A stretch of 64,000 nucleotides of DNA from Escherichia coli (GTDB taxonomy: Bacteria > Pseudomonadota > Gammaproteobacteria > Enterobacterales > Enterobacteriaceae): the NCBI RefSeq assembly GCF_050320075.1, contig NZ_CP190018.1. One strand, given 5' to 3'. The stretch's first letter is position 1. Each line of letters opens with the position of its first letter. The position numbers and the translations under genes are program-made. Positions 21,330 through 33,612 of the stretch are shown piece after piece. The notes beneath the pieces are model-generated. The model searched no databases. It was not told the origin of the DNA and worked only from the letters and a program-made list of their open reading frames with translations.

Positions 21330-21731
21330 TTATTTGCTAACGAGTAGTCAACCACGCACCCTACGTAAAAATTAAAATGGGGCAGCCATTCCCTGCCCCG
21401 CGTTGTTTTTAGGCGATATATTTATTGAAATAAACAAGTGACATTCATCACATATTTATGCATTTGCATAACCTGTTGCATGATTATTTATGATTTCAAT
21501 TCGGAATTTTGTCAGTAAAATACAATAATTCATTAAATATCAATAGATTAGTTGTTTATCTGCGAGAAATTACTTAGTAGAATAGAAAGTAATGTCAACA
21601 GTTTATGGACTGTTATTTCTCTTTTTTTAGCTAAATCTGCTATCTCTTTATGTGACTAACTTCACTTACATTCACTTATTTCTCTTCGTAAAATTACTTT
21701 GGAATTAAGTACAATAAGAAGAGGAACATTT

Positions 21732-23414
21732 ATGAAGTCTGCATTAAAGAAAAGTGTCGTAAGTACCTCGATATCTTTGATACTGGCATCTGGTATGGCT
21801 GCATTTGCTGCTCATGCGGCAGATGATGTAAAGCTGAAAGCAACCAAAACAAACGTCGCTTTCTCAGACTTTACGCCGACTGAATACAGTACCAAAGGAA
21901 AGCCAAATATTATCGTACTGACCATGGATGATCTTGGTTATGGACAACTTCCTTTTGATAAGGGATCTTTTGACCCAAAAACAATGGAAAATCGTGAAGT
22001 TGTCGATACCTACAAAATAGGGATAGATAAAGCCATTGAAGCTGCACAAAAATCAACGCCGACGCTCCTTTCATTAATGGATGAAGGCGTACGTTTTACT
22101 AACGGCTATGTGGCGCACGGTGTTTCCGGCCCCTCCCGCGCCGCAATAATGACCGGTCGAGCGCCCGCCCGCTTTGGTGTCTATTCCAATACCGATGCTC
22201 AGGATGGTATTCCGCTAACAGAAACTTTCTTGCCTGAATTATTCCAGAATCATGGTTATTACACTGCAGCAGTAGGTAAATGGCACTTGTCAAAAATCAG
22301 TAATGTGCCAGTACCGGAAGATAAACAAACGCGTGACTATCATGACAACTTCACCACCTATTCTGCGGAAGAATGGCAACCTCAAAACCGTGGCTTTGAT
22401 TACTTTATGGGATTCCACGCTGCAGGAACGGCATATTACAACTCCCCTTCACTGTTCAAAAATCGTGAACGCGTCCCCGCAAAAGGTTATATCAGCGATC
22501 AGTTAACCGATGAGGCAATTGGCGTTGTTGATCGTGCCAAAACACTTGACCAGCCTTTTATGCTTTACCTGGCTTATAATGCTCCGCACCTGCCAAATGA
22601 TAATCCTGCACCGGAGCAATATCAGAAGCAATTTAATACCGGTAGTCAAACGGCAGATAACTACTACGCTTCCGTTTATTCTGTTGATCAGGGTGTAAAA
22701 CGCATTCTCGAACAACTGAAGAAAAACGGACAGTATGACAATACTATTATTCTCTTTACCTCCGATAATGGTGCGGTTATCGATGGTCCTCTGCCGCTGA
22801 ACGGGGCGCAAAAAGGCTATAAGAGTCAGACCTATCCTGGCGGTACTCACACCCCAATGTTTATGTGGTGGAAAGGAAAACTTCAACCCGGTAATTATGA
22901 CAAGCTGATTTCCGCAATGGATTTCTACCCGACAGCTCTTGATGCAGCCGATATCAGCATTCCAAAAGACCTTAAGCTGGATGGCGTTTCCTTGCTGCCC
23001 TGGTTGCAAGATAAGAAACAAGGCGAGCCACATAAAAATCTGACCTGGATAACCTCTTATTCTCACTGGTTTGATGAGGAAAATATTCCATTCTGGGATA
23101 ATTACCACAAATTTGTCCGTCATCAGTCAGACGATTACCCGCATAACCCCAACACCGAGGACTTAAGCCAATTCTCTTATACGGTGAGAAATAACGATTA
23201 TTCGCTAGTCTATACAGTAGAAAACAATCAGTTAGGTCTATACAAACTGACGGATCTACAGCAAAAAGATAACCTTGCCGCCGCCAATCCGCAGGTCGTT
23301 AAAGAGATGCAAGGCGTGGTAAGAGAGTTTATCGACAGCAGCCAACCACCGCTTAGCGAGGTAAATCAGGAGAAGTTTAACAATATCAAGAAAGCACTAA
23401 GCGAAGCGAAATAA
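21732..23414 (+). CDS. ydeN: Sulfatase (arylsulfatase family), exported
   Basis: Signal peptide; sulfatase signature around SGPSRAAIMTGR (Ser-type FGly motif). Confidence 0.85.
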   Translation: MKSALKKSVVSTSISLILASGMAAFAAHAADDVKLKATKTNVAFSDFTPTEYSTKGKPNIIVLTMDDLGYGQLPFDKGSFDPKTMENREVVDTYKIGIDKAIEAAQKSTPTLLSLMDEGVRFTNGYVAHGVSGPSRAAIMTGRAPARFGVYSNTDAQDGIPLTETFLPELFQNHGYYTAAVGKWHLSKISNVPVPEDKQTRDYHDNFTTYSAEEWQPQNRGFDYFMGFHAAGTAYYNSPSLFKNRERVPAKGYISDQLTDEAIGVVDRAKTLDQPFMLYLAYNAPHLPNDNPAPEQYQKQFNTGSQTADNYYASVYSVDQGVKRILEQLKKNGQYDNTIILFTSDNGAVIDGPLPLNGAQKGYKSQTYPGGTHTPMFMWWKGKLQPGNYDKLISAMDFYPTALDAADISIPKDLKLDGVSLLPWLQDKKQGEPHKNLTWITSYSHWFDEENIPFWDNYHKFVRHQSDDYPHNPNTEDLSQFSYTVRNNDYSLVYTVENNQLGLYKLTDLQQKDNLAAANPQVVKEMQGVVREFIDSSQPPLSEVNQEKFNNIKKALSEAK

Positions 23415-23465
23415 CTAAACCTTCATGCGGCGGATTTTTCCGCCGCCTTATTGAGCGAGATAGCG

Positions 23466-24623
23466 ATGCACGTTACAGCCAAGCCCTCCAGTTTTCAATG
23501 TAATCTCAAATGTGATTACTGTTTTTACCTTGAAAAAGAGTCGCAGTTTACTCATGAAAAATGGATGGATGACAGCACTCTGAAAGAGTTCATCAAACAA
23601 TATATCGCAGCGTCTGGCAATCAGGTCTATTTTACCTGGCAAGGCGGTGAACCCACTCTGGCTGGCCTGGATTTTTTCCGTAAAGTTATTCACTATCAAC
23701 AACGCTATGCAGGCCAAAAACGTATTTTTAATGCATTACAAACGAATGGCATTTTATTGAATAATGAATGGTGTGCCTTTCTCAAAGAACATGAGTTTCT
23801 GGTTGGTATCTCGATCGATGGACCCCAGGAGCTACATGACCGTTACAGACGCAGTAATTCTGGTAACGGTACTTTTGCAAAAGTGATAGCAGCCATCGAG
23901 CGTCTGAAATCATATCAAGTAGAGTTTAATACGTTAACCGTCATTAATAACGTTAATGTCCATTACCCTCTTGAGGTTTATCATTTTTTAAAATCTATCG
24001 GCAGTAAACATATGCAATTTATCGAATTGCTCGAAACCGGGACGCCGAATATTGATTTCAGTGGTCATAGTGAGAACACATTCCGTATCATTGATTTTTC
24101 TGTGCCTCCTACGGCTTATGGCAAGTTTATGTCGACCATTTTTATGCAATGGGTTAAAAACGATGTGGGTGAAATTTTCATCCGTCAGTTTGAAAGTTTT
24201 GTCAGCCGTTTTTTGGGGAATGGGCATACCAGTTGTATTTTCCAGGAGTCCTGCAAGGATAATCTGGTTGTTGAAAGTAATGGAGACATTTACGAATGCG
24301 ACCATTTTGTCTATCCACAGTACAAAATTGGAAACATTAATAAATCTGAACTTAAAACGATGAACAGTGTACAACTGACAGCGCAAAAAAAACGGATTTC
24401 AGCGAAATGTCAGCAATGTGCATATAAACCTATCTGCAATGGCGGTTGCCCTAAGCATCGTATTACTAAAGTAAACAATGAGACTGTTTCCTATTTTTGC
24501 GAAGGTTATAAAATCCTTTTTTCAACCATGGTACCTTATATGAACGCCATGGTGGAGTTAGCCAAGAACAGAGTACCGCTTTACCACATTATGGATGTTG
24601 CAAAACAAATGGAGAATAATTAA
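23466..24623 (+). CDS. ydeM: Radical-SAM anaerobic sulfatase-maturating enzyme homologue
   Basis: CNLKCDYC radical-SAM cysteine motif near N-terminus plus C-terminal Cys cluster; 385 aa from ATG at 23466. Confidence 0.8.
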   Translation: MHVTAKPSSFQCNLKCDYCFYLEKESQFTHEKWMDDSTLKEFIKQYIAASGNQVYFTWQGGEPTLAGLDFFRKVIHYQQRYAGQKRIFNALQTNGILLNNEWCAFLKEHEFLVGISIDGPQELHDRYRRSNSGNGTFAKVIAAIERLKSYQVEFNTLTVINNVNVHYPLEVYHFLKSIGSKHMQFIELLETGTPNIDFSGHSENTFRIIDFSVPPTAYGKFMSTIFMQWVKNDVGEIFIRQFESFVSRFLGNGHTSCIFQESCKDNLVVESNGDIYECDHFVYPQYKIGNINKSELKTMNSVQLTAQKKRISAKCQQCAYKPICNGGCPKHRITKVNNETVSYFCEGYKILFSTMVPYMNAMVELAKNRVPLYHIMDVAKQMENN

Positions 24624-24914
24624 TAACGCTCCTTCTTTGCTCCAGTCTTAGCCTCCGTCTTATGACCTTAACAAAGCACCCGACATAAATTCCTGTTGGG
24701 TGTTTCGTCATAATCATCTTCCCTTGCGAAAATTCTGGCTTACGTGGCATGCGTCAGGGCATTAGCAATACCCTTGATTATCAATAGCATAACCGTAACC
24801 ATTGAAAATAAAAAAATTTCTTTATATTTCAAAATGTTAAATGACACTTAAATAAATTTCATCAGTAAATCATTGCCATAGATAATCATTGGATGGCACA
24901 ATCAATTTTCGCTA

Positions 24915-26600
24915 ATGATAACCATTCCCATTACGTTTCGTATGTTGATAGCAAAGTATCTCTGTCTGCTGAAGCCCTTTTGGCTGCGTAAGAATAATAA
25001 AACTTCAGTGCTGTTAATCATTATTATCCTCGCCATGATCCTTGGCGTGGTTAAAATTCAGGTCTGGTTAAACGACTGGAATAATGATTTTTTCAATGCG
25101 CTAAGCCAGAAAGAAACCGATAAGCTTTGGCAGCTTGTCCTTTGGTTCCCTGCCCTGCTGGGGATCTTTGTATTAATATCCGTAAACAAAACATGGTTAA
25201 TTAAACTGCTGACTATTCGCTGGCGCGAATGGTTAACAGATTACTACCTTAATCGGTGGTTTGCAGATAAAAACTACTACTTCACGCAGATCTACGGCGA
25301 GCATAAAAATACAGATAACCCTGACCAACGTATCGCTGAAGACATTCTCTTACTGATCAGCAAAACGCTCAGTCTTTCATTTGGCTTCATCCAGTCACTT
25401 AGCATGCTGATCACCTTTACCGTTATTCTTTGGCAAAGCGCGGGTACGCTCTCATTCACTGTTGGTGGAACAGAATGGAATATCCAGGGGTATATGGTCT
25501 ATACCGTTGTGCTCATTGTGATCGGTGGAACTTTATTTACTCATAAGGTTGGTAAACGTATTCGTCCGCTTAATGTGGAAAAGCAACGTAGCGAAGCGAC
25601 ATTTCGAACTAATCTTGTGCAGCATAATAAGCAGGCTGAACTGATTGCGCTAAGCAATGCTGAGTCTCTACAACGCCAGGAGTTGAGCGACAATTTTCAT
25701 ACCATTAAAGAGAACTGGCATCGTTTAATGAATCGTCAGCGCTGGCTTGATTACTGGCAGAATATTTATTCGCGCTCGCTTAGCGTTCTTCCCTACTTTC
25801 TGTTATTGCCACAGTTTATTAGCGGACAGATCAATCTGGGCGGACTGATGAAATCGCGCCAGGCATTTATGCTGGTATCGAACAATTTAAGCTGGTTTAT
25901 TTATAAATATGACGAACTTGCTGAACTGGCTGCGGTTATCGATCGTTTGTATGAGTTCCATCAACTCACCGAACAGCGCCCTACGAATAAGCCTAAAAAT
26001 TGCCAACATGCGGTACAAGTGGCTGACGCGAGTATTCGTACTCCTGATAATAAGATCATATTAGAGAACCTGAACTTTCATGTTTCGCCAGGCAAATGGC
26101 TATTACTGAAAGGTTACTCTGGTGCGGGAAAAACCACACTGCTTAAAACATTATCCCACTGCTGGCCGTGGTTCAAAGGTGATATTTCTTCTCCTGCTGA
26201 CAGTTGGTATGTGTCACAAACACCGTTAATCAAAACCGGCTTACTGAAAGAGATTATTTGTAAAGCACTTCCCCTGCCCGTAGACGATAAATCGTTGAGC
26301 GAAATACTGCATCAGGTTGGTCTGGGGAAATTGGCTGCGCGTATTCATGACCACGATCGCTGGGGAGATATTCTTTCCAGCGGCGAAAAACAACGTATCG
26401 CCCTGGCACGATTAATTTTACGACGTCCGAAATGGATATTTCTTGACGAAACTACCTCTCATCTTGAGGAACAAGAGGCTATCCGCTTACTGCGTTTAGT
26501 GCGTGAAAAACTACCCACAAGCGGCGTCATTATGGTTACACATCAACCCGGTGTCTGGAACCTGGCTGATGATATTTGTGACATTAGCGCGGTTTTATAA
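24915..26600 (+). CDS. yddA: ABC transporter, fused permease/ATPase
   Basis: 561 aa; Walker A GYSGAGKTT and ABC signature LSSGEKQR. Confidence 0.85.
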   Translation: MITIPITFRMLIAKYLCLLKPFWLRKNNKTSVLLIIIILAMILGVVKIQVWLNDWNNDFFNALSQKETDKLWQLVLWFPALLGIFVLISVNKTWLIKLLTIRWREWLTDYYLNRWFADKNYYFTQIYGEHKNTDNPDQRIAEDILLLISKTLSLSFGFIQSLSMLITFTVILWQSAGTLSFTVGGTEWNIQGYMVYTVVLIVIGGTLFTHKVGKRIRPLNVEKQRSEATFRTNLVQHNKQAELIALSNAESLQRQELSDNFHTIKENWHRLMNRQRWLDYWQNIYSRSLSVLPYFLLLPQFISGQINLGGLMKSRQAFMLVSNNLSWFIYKYDELAELAAVIDRLYEFHQLTEQRPTNKPKNCQHAVQVADASIRTPDNKIILENLNFHVSPGKWLLLKGYSGAGKTTLLKTLSHCWPWFKGDISSPADSWYVSQTPLIKTGLLKEIICKALPLPVDDKSLSEILHQVGLGKLAARIHDHDRWGDILSSGEKQRIALARLILRRPKWIFLDETTSHLEEQEAIRLLRLVREKLPTSGVIMVTHQPGVWNLADDICDISAVL

Positions 26601-26637
26601 AAACAATAAAAGCCCTGCTGTACGGAGATAAAAATAA

Positions 26638-29010
26638 ATGAAGCGAGTTCTTATTCCTGGCGTCATTTTATGTGGCGCTGATGTGGCGCAGGCCGTCGAT
26701 GACAAAAACATGTACATGCATGTTTTTGAAGAGATGACGGTCTATGCTCCTGTCCCTGTACCCGTAAACGGCAACACGCATTACACCAGTGAAAGCATCG
26801 AGCGTTTACCGACCGGGAATGGCAATATCAGCGATCTGCTGAGAACCAACCCTGCGGTACGCATGGATTCAACGCAAAGTACCTCATTGAACCAGGGAGA
26901 TATTCGCCCTGAGAAAATCTCTATTCACGGTGCGTCGCCCTACCAGAATGCCTATTTGATTGACGGTATTAGTGCAACTAATAACCTGAACCCAGCGAAT
27001 GAGTCCGATGCCAGTAGTGCAACCAATATTAGCGGGATGTCACAGGGGTATTATCTTGATGTCAGCTTACTGGACAATGTGACGCTTTATGACAGTTTTG
27101 TGCCGGTTGAATTTGGTCGCTTCAATGGCGGGGTAATTGATGCAAAGATCAAACGCTTCAACGCTGATGATAGCAGCGTGAAACTGGGTTACCGCACTAC
27201 GCGTTCGGACTGGTTAACATCGCATATCGATGAGAATAACAAGAGCGCATTTAATCAAGGCTCTTCAGGAAGTACTTATTACTCCCCAGATTTTAAAAAG
27301 AACTTTTATACTTTGTTATTTAATCAGGAACTCGCTGATAACTTCGGCGTTACCGCCGGTTTATCGCGCCGCCAGTCTGATATCACCCGCGCGGATTATG
27401 TTTCGAATGACGGCATTGTCGCCGGTCGGGCACAGTATAAAAACGTTATCGATACCGCAGTGAGCAAATTTACCTGGTTTGCCAGTGACCGCTTTACCCA
27501 CGATTTAACCTTAAAATATACCGGCTCCAGCCGTGATTATAATACCAGCACCTTCCCGGAGTCTGATCGCGAAATGGGTAATAAATCCTATGGTCTGGCA
27601 TGGGATATGGATACGCAGCTCGCATGGGCCAAACTGCGTACTACCGTTGGTTGGGATCATATTAGTGATTATACCCGTCACGATCATGACATATGGTACA
27701 CCGAACTTTCATGTACATATGGTGATATTTCAGGGCGTTGCACCCGTGGCGGATTAGGACACATTTCCCAGGCTGTAGATAATTACACCTTCAAAACACG
27801 CCTGGACTGGCAAAAATACGCCGTGGGTAATGTTTCGCATCAACCCTACTTCGGCGCGGAATACATCTATTCCGATGCATGGACTGAACGCCATAACCAG
27901 TCTGAATCCTATGTGATTAATGCTGCAGGAAAGAAAACTAACCATACCATTTACCATAAAGGTAAAGGCAGTCTGGGAATTGACAACTACACGCTGTATA
28001 TGGCGGATCGCATTAGCTGGCGGAATGTGTCGTTAATGCCCGGTGTGCGATATGACTATGACAACTATCTGTCAAACCACAATATCTCCCCGCGATTTAT
28101 GACGGAATGGGATATTTTTGCTGATCAAACCTCAATGATTACTGCCGGTTATAACCGTTACTATGGCGGGAATATTCTTGATATGGGATTACGTGATATC
28201 CGCAATAGCTGGACGGAATCGGTATCAGGCAATAAAACCCTGACGCGTTATCAGGATTTGAAAACACCTTATAACGATGAACTGGCAATGGGGTTGCAGC
28301 AGAAAATCGGAAAGAACGTTATTGCGCGTGCAAACTATGTTTATCGTGAAGCGCATGATCAAATCAGTAAAAGCAGTCGTACCGACAGCGCGACTAAAAC
28401 CACCATTACTGAATATAACAACGACGGCAAAACCAAAACGCATTCGTTCAACCTCAGTTTTGAACTGGCCGAACCCCTGCATATCAGCCAGGTAGATATT
28501 AACCCGCAAATTGTCTTTAGCTATATCAAGAGCAAGGGCAACTTGTCGTTAAACAATGGTTATGAGGAGAGCAATACCGGTGATAACCGGGTGGTATATA
28601 ACGGTAATCTGGTCTCTTACGATAGCGTTCCAGTGGCGGATTTTAATAATCCACTAAAGATCTCCTTAAACATGGATTTCACGCATCAACCGAGCGGGTT
28701 GGTGTGGGCGAATACGTTGACCTGGCAAGAAGCGCGTAAAGCTCGCATTATCCTGGGTAAGACGAATGCGCAATACATCAGCGAATATTCAGATTACAAG
28801 CAGTATGTTGACGAGAGACTGGATAGCAGCCTGACCTGGGACACCCGCTTGTCCTGGACGCCACAATTTCTGAAACAACAAAACCTGACGATCAGTGCCG
28901 ATATTCTCAATGTACTGGATAGCAAAACCGCTGTTGATACAACGAATACCGGCGTGGCGACCTACGCCAGTGGCCGTACTTTCTGGCTTGATGTCAGCAT
29001 GAAATTTTAA
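26638..29010 (+). CDS. yddB: TonB-dependent-receptor-like outer membrane protein
   Basis: 790 aa, signal peptide, plug/barrel-like composition, terminal aromatic residue. Confidence 0.8.
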   Translation: MKRVLIPGVILCGADVAQAVDDKNMYMHVFEEMTVYAPVPVPVNGNTHYTSESIERLPTGNGNISDLLRTNPAVRMDSTQSTSLNQGDIRPEKISIHGASPYQNAYLIDGISATNNLNPANESDASSATNISGMSQGYYLDVSLLDNVTLYDSFVPVEFGRFNGGVIDAKIKRFNADDSSVKLGYRTTRSDWLTSHIDENNKSAFNQGSSGSTYYSPDFKKNFYTLLFNQELADNFGVTAGLSRRQSDITRADYVSNDGIVAGRAQYKNVIDTAVSKFTWFASDRFTHDLTLKYTGSSRDYNTSTFPESDREMGNKSYGLAWDMDTQLAWAKLRTTVGWDHISDYTRHDHDIWYTELSCTYGDISGRCTRGGLGHISQAVDNYTFKTRLDWQKYAVGNVSHQPYFGAEYIYSDAWTERHNQSESYVINAAGKKTNHTIYHKGKGSLGIDNYTLYMADRISWRNVSLMPGVRYDYDNYLSNHNISPRFMTEWDIFADQTSMITAGYNRYYGGNILDMGLRDIRNSWTESVSGNKTLTRYQDLKTPYNDELAMGLQQKIGKNVIARANYVYREAHDQISKSSRTDSATKTTITEYNNDGKTKTHSFNLSFELAEPLHISQVDINPQIVFSYIKSKGNLSLNNGYEESNTGDNRVVYNGNLVSYDSVPVADFNNPLKISLNMDFTHQPSGLVWANTLTWQEARKARIILGKTNAQYISEYSDYKQYVDERLDSSLTWDTRLSWTPQFLKQQNLTISADILNVLDSKTAVDTTNTGVATYASGRTFWLDVSMKF

Positions 29011-29054
29011 TAGTTCGGATTTTACTTTACCGGGTAAATTCGCCCGGTTTTCGC

Positions 29055-31850
29055 ATGGAGATAATTATGAGAAACCTCTGTTTCTTACTGACGTTAGTGG
29101 CAACTCTGTTGCTCCCCGGGCGACTGATTGCCGCCGCCTTACCGCAGGATGAAAAGTTAATTACCGGGCAACTGGACAATGGCTTGCGATATATGATTTA
29201 TCCGCATGCTCAACCAAAGGATCAGGTAAATTTATGGCTGCAAATTCATACCGGTTCATTGCAGGAAGAAGACAATGAGCGCGGCGTGGCTCATTTTGTA
29301 GAACATATGATGTTTAACGGCACAAAAACATGGCCGGGTAATAAAGTCATCGAAACATTTGAGTCAATGGGCCTGCGCTTTGGTCGCGATGTTAATGCCT
29401 ATACCAGCTATGACGAAACGGTGTATCAGGTAAGTTTGCCGACTACGCAGAAACAAAATCTGCAACAAGTGATGGCAATCTTCAGTGAATGGAGTAATGC
29501 CGCAACCTTTGAAAAACTCGAAGTAGACGCTGAACGCGGCGTAATTACTGAGGAATGGCGTGCCCATCAGGATGCGAAATGGCGCACCTCTCAGGCGCGC
29601 CGCCCTTTCCTGCAGGCTAATACCCGTAATTTAGACCGTGAACCTATCGGCCTGATGGATACTGTCGCTACGGTCACACCGGCACAATTGCGCCAATTTT
29701 ATCAACGCTGGTATCAACCAAATAATATGACCTTTATCGTGGTCGGCGATATTGACAGTAAAGAAGCGCTGGCGCTGATTAAGGATAATTTAAGTAAGCT
29801 TCCGGCTAACAAAGCAGCTGAAAATCGCGTCTGGCCGACAAAAGCCGAAAACCACCTGCGCTTTAATATCATTAATGATAAAGAAAACCGGGTGAACGGC
29901 ATCGCACTCTATTATCGCCTGCCAATGGTGCAAGTGAGCGATGAGCAAAGCTTTATCGAACAAGCTGAATGGAGCATGTTGGTTCAGCTGTTCAATCAGC
30001 GTCTGCAGGAACGCATACAGTCGGGCGAGTTGAAGACTATTTCTGGCGGCACTGCGCGCAGCGTTAGAATTGCACCCGATTATCAGTCGCTGTTTTTCCG
30101 TGTAAATGCACGAGACGATAATATGCAGGATGCTGCGAATGCATTAATGGCAGAGTTGGCAACTATTGATCAGCATGGTTTTTCTGCTGAAGAACTCGAT
30201 GATGTCAAATCTACCCGTCTCACCTGGCTGAAAAATGCGGTTGATCAGCAAGCTGAACGTGATTTACGTATGCTGACCAGTCGCCTGGCATCCAGCTCAT
30301 TAAATAATACGCCGTTCTTGTCGCCGGAAGAGACATATCAACTTTCGAAACGTCTGTGGCAGCAAATTACCGTGCAAAGTCTGGCGGAAAAATGGCAGCA
30401 GTTAAGAAAGAACCAGGATGCATTTTGGGAGCAAATGGTAAACAATGAGGTTGCTGCCAAAAAAGCATTGTCTCCTGCGGCTATCCTGGCGCTGGAAAAA
30501 GAGTACGCCAACAAAAAGCTGGCGGCTTACATCTTCCCAGGCAGAAATTTATCGTTAACAGTAGACGCTGACCCACAGGCGGAAATTAGCAGCAAAGAAA
30601 CGCTGGCTGAGAATCTGACATCATTAACACTTTCCAATGGTGCCAGGGTTATTCTGGCAAAATCTGCGGGTGAAGAGCAAAAGCTACAAATTACTGCCGT
30701 ATCTAATAAAGGCGATTTAAGTTTCCCTGCGCAGCAAAAATCACTTATCGCGCTGGCAAATAAAGCAGTAAGCGGAAGCGGCGTTGGTGAACTCTCCTCT
30801 TCCAGCCTGAAACGCTGGAGTGCGGAAAACTCGGTAACCATGAGCAGTAAAGTCAGTGGCATGAATACATTGCTCTCTGTTAGCGCGCGGGCTAATAACC
30901 CTGAACCTGGTTTCCAGTTGATTAACCAGCGAATCACCCACAGCACGATTAACGATAATATTTGGGCATCGCTACAAAATGCTCAAATTCAGGCGTTGAA
31001 AACGCTCGACCAGCGTCCAGCGGAGAAATTCGCCCAGCAGATGTATGAGACGCGCTATGCTGATGACCGCACGAAATTACTGCAAGAAAATCAGATTGCA
31101 CAGTTTACTGCCGCAGATGCGCTGGCTGCCGATCGCCAGTTGTTTTCATCTCCAGCGGATATCACGTTTGTCATTGTCGGTAATGTCGCAGAAGACAAAC
31201 TCGTGGCGTTAATTACGCGTTACTTAGGATCAATCAAACACTCTGATTCGCCATTAGCCGCAGGTAAACCATTAACTCGCGCGACGGACAACGCATCGGT
31301 TACTGTAAAAGAACAAAATGAACCTTTGGCACAGGTTTCACAGTGGAAGCGTTATGATTCCCGGACACCTGTAAATCTGGAGACGCGTATGGCGCTCGAT
31401 GCTTTTAACGTCGCACTGGCAAAAGATCTACGCGTTAATATTCGTGAACAGGCCTCTGGGGCATACAGCGTTTCTTCTCGCCTCTCGGTTGATCCTCAGG
31501 CCAAAGATATCAGTCATTTGCTGGCTTTTACTTGTCAACCGGAACGACATGATGAACTGTTAACGTTAGCGAATGAAGTGATGGTTAAGCGTCTGGCTAA
31601 AGGGATCAGTGAGCAAGAACTGAACGAATACCAGCAAAACGTTCAGCGCAGCCTCGATATCCAACAGCGTAGCGTTCAACAATTAGCGAACACCATTGTA
31701 AATAGTCTTATTCAATATGACGATCCTGCAGCATGGACTGAGCAGGAGCAATTGTTGAAACAAATGACGGTAGAGAATGTTAACACTGCCGTTAAACAAT
31801 ATCTTTCTCATCCGGTGAATACCTATACCGGAGTATTGTTGCCAAAATAA
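29055..31850 (+). CDS. pqqL: Periplasmic M16-family zinc metallopeptidase
   Basis: 931 aa; inverted zinc-binding motif HFVEH. Confidence 0.9.
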   Translation: MEIIMRNLCFLLTLVATLLLPGRLIAAALPQDEKLITGQLDNGLRYMIYPHAQPKDQVNLWLQIHTGSLQEEDNERGVAHFVEHMMFNGTKTWPGNKVIETFESMGLRFGRDVNAYTSYDETVYQVSLPTTQKQNLQQVMAIFSEWSNAATFEKLEVDAERGVITEEWRAHQDAKWRTSQARRPFLQANTRNLDREPIGLMDTVATVTPAQLRQFYQRWYQPNNMTFIVVGDIDSKEALALIKDNLSKLPANKAAENRVWPTKAENHLRFNIINDKENRVNGIALYYRLPMVQVSDEQSFIEQAEWSMLVQLFNQRLQERIQSGELKTISGGTARSVRIAPDYQSLFFRVNARDDNMQDAANALMAELATIDQHGFSAEELDDVKSTRLTWLKNAVDQQAERDLRMLTSRLASSSLNNTPFLSPEETYQLSKRLWQQITVQSLAEKWQQLRKNQDAFWEQMVNNEVAAKKALSPAAILALEKEYANKKLAAYIFPGRNLSLTVDADPQAEISSKETLAENLTSLTLSNGARVILAKSAGEEQKLQITAVSNKGDLSFPAQQKSLIALANKAVSGSGVGELSSSSLKRWSAENSVTMSSKVSGMNTLLSVSARANNPEPGFQLINQRITHSTINDNIWASLQNAQIQALKTLDQRPAEKFAQQMYETRYADDRTKLLQENQIAQFTAADALAADRQLFSSPADITFVIVGNVAEDKLVALITRYLGSIKHSDSPLAAGKPLTRATDNASVTVKEQNEPLAQVSQWKRYDSRTPVNLETRMALDAFNVALAKDLRVNIREQASGAYSVSSRLSVDPQAKDISHLLAFTCQPERHDELLTLANEVMVKRLAKGISEQELNEYQQNVQRSLDIQQRSVQQLANTIVNSLIQYDDPAAWTEQEQLLKQMTVENVNTAVKQYLSHPVNTYTGVLLPK

Positions 31851-32112
31851 TAACAGCCCCGTCAACACCTCGTTGGCGGGGATTTTAGCAATATTCGCTA
31901 TTTTTATGTAATAATTTTATAAATGCGTTCAAAATAATAACCAAGTACTAATAGTGATATTTTAAGGTCTGATTTTTACGTGATAATTCAGGAGGCGTAG
32001 AAAGCGCATAAAAATAACAACATAAAACACTTTACCACCACCAAAAAATTCTCTATTGCATTGTTTTTTAATGAAAAAACATTATTCTCGTAATATTTCA
32101 CGATAAATAACA

Positions 32113-32132
32113 TTAGGATTTTGTTATTTAAA
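32113..32132 (+). promoter_or_regulatory. GAD box (GadE binding site) TTAGGATTTTGTTATTTAAA upstream of gadB
   Basis: Exact 20-bp match to the GAD-box consensus as recalled, about 80 bp upstream of the gadB start. Confidence 0.75.
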
Positions 32133-32211
32133 CCCGAGTCCTTTGCACTTGCTTACTTTATCGATAAATCCTACTTTTTTAATGCGATCCAATCATTTTA
32201 AGGAGTTTAAA

Positions 32212-33612
32212 ATGGATAAGAAGCAAGTAACGGATTTAAGGTCGGAACTACTCGATTCACGTTTTGGTGCGAAGTCTATTTCCACTATCGCAGAATCAAA
32301 ACGATTTCCGCTGCACGAAATGCGCGATGATGTCGCATTCCAGATTATCAATGACGAATTATATCTTGATGGCAACGCTCGTCAGAACCTGGCCACTTTC
32401 TGCCAGACCTGGGACGACGAAAATGTCCATAAGTTGATGGATTTATCCATTAACAAAAACTGGATCGACAAAGAAGAATATCCGCAATCCGCTGCAATCG
32501 ACCTGCGTTGCGTAAACATGGTTGCCGATCTGTGGCATGCGCCTGCGCCGAAAAATGGTCAGGCCGTTGGCACCAACACCATTGGTTCTTCCGAGGCCTG
32601 TATGCTCGGCGGGATGGCGATGAAATGGCGTTGGCGCAAGCGTATGGAAGCTGCAGGCAAACCAACGGATAAACCAAACCTGGTGTGCGGTCCGGTGCAA
32701 ATCTGCTGGCATAAATTCGCCCGCTACTGGGATGTGGAGCTGCGTGAGATCCCTATGCGCCCCGGTCAGTTGTTTATGGACCCGAAACGCATGATTGAAG
32801 CCTGCGACGAAAACACCATCGGCGTGGTGCCGACTTTCGGCGTGACCTACACCGGTAACTATGAGTTCCCGCAGCCGCTGCACGATGCGCTGGATAAATT
32901 CCAGGCCGACACCGGTATCGACATCGACATGCACATCGACGCCGCCAGCGGTGGCTTCCTGGCACCGTTCGTCGCCCCGGATATCGTCTGGGACTTCCGC
33001 CTGCCGCGTGTGAAATCGATCAGTGCTTCAGGCCATAAATTCGGTCTGGCTCCGCTGGGCTGCGGCTGGGTTATCTGGCGTGATGAAGAAGCGCTGCCGC
33101 AGGAACTGGTGTTCAACGTTGACTACCTCGGTGGTCAGATTGGGACTTTCGCCATCAACTTCTCCCGCCCGGCGGGTCAGGTAATTGCACAGTACTATGA
33201 ATTCCTGCGCCTCGGTCGTGAAGGCTATACCAAAGTACAGAACGCCTCTTACCAGGTTGCCGCTTATCTGGCGGATGAAATCGCCAAACTGGGGCCGTAT
33301 GAGTTCATCTGTACCGGTCGCCCGGACGAAGGCATCCCGGCGGTTTGCTTCAAACTGAAAGAGGGTGAAGATCCGGGATACACCCTCTACGACCTCTCTG
33401 AACGTCTGCGTCTGCGCGGCTGGCAGGTTCCGGCCTTCACTCTCGGCGGTGAAGCCACCGACATCGTGGTGATGCGCATTATGTGTCGTCGCGGCTTCGA
33501 AATGGACTTTGCTGAACTGTTGCTGGAAGACTACAAAGCCTCCCTGAAATATCTCAGCGACCACCCGAAACTGCAGGGTATTGCCCAGCAGAACAGCTTT
33601 AAACATACCTGA
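32212..33612 (+). CDS. gadB: Glutamate decarboxylase beta
   Basis: 466-aa product starting [18 protein letters not shown]; PLP-lysine motif SGHKFGLAP. Confidence 0.95.
   Translation: MDKKQVTDLRSELLDSRFGAKSISTIAESKRFPLHEMRDDVAFQIINDELYLDGNARQNLATFCQTWDDENVHKLMDLSINKNWIDKEEYPQSAAIDLRCVNMVADLWHAPAPKNGQAVGTNTIGSSEACMLGGMAMKWRWRKRMEAAGKPTDKPNLVCGPVQICWHKFARYWDVELREIPMRPGQLFMDPKRMIEACDENTIGVVPTFGVTYTGNYEFPQPLHDALDKFQADTGIDIDMHIDAASGGFLAPFVAPDIVWDFRLPRVKSISASGHKFGLAPLGCGWVIWRDEEALPQELVFNVDYLGGQIGTFAINFSRPAGQVIAQYYEFLRLGREGYTKVQNASYQVAAYLADEIAKLGPYEFICTGRPDEGIPAVCFKLKEGEDPGYTLYDLSERLRLRGWQVPAFTLGGEATDIVVMRIMCRRGFEMDFAELLLEDYKASLKYLSDHPKLQGIAQQNSFKHT

Noticed and set aside
22503-23123. 206-aa minus-strand ORF
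   Set aside because: Entirely within ydeN on the opposite strand; no support.
23427-23447. Hairpin gcggcgga-TTTTT-ccgccgc between ydeN and ydeM
   Set aside because: The T-run is in the loop rather than after the stem, so it is not a convincing intrinsic terminator; left unannotated.
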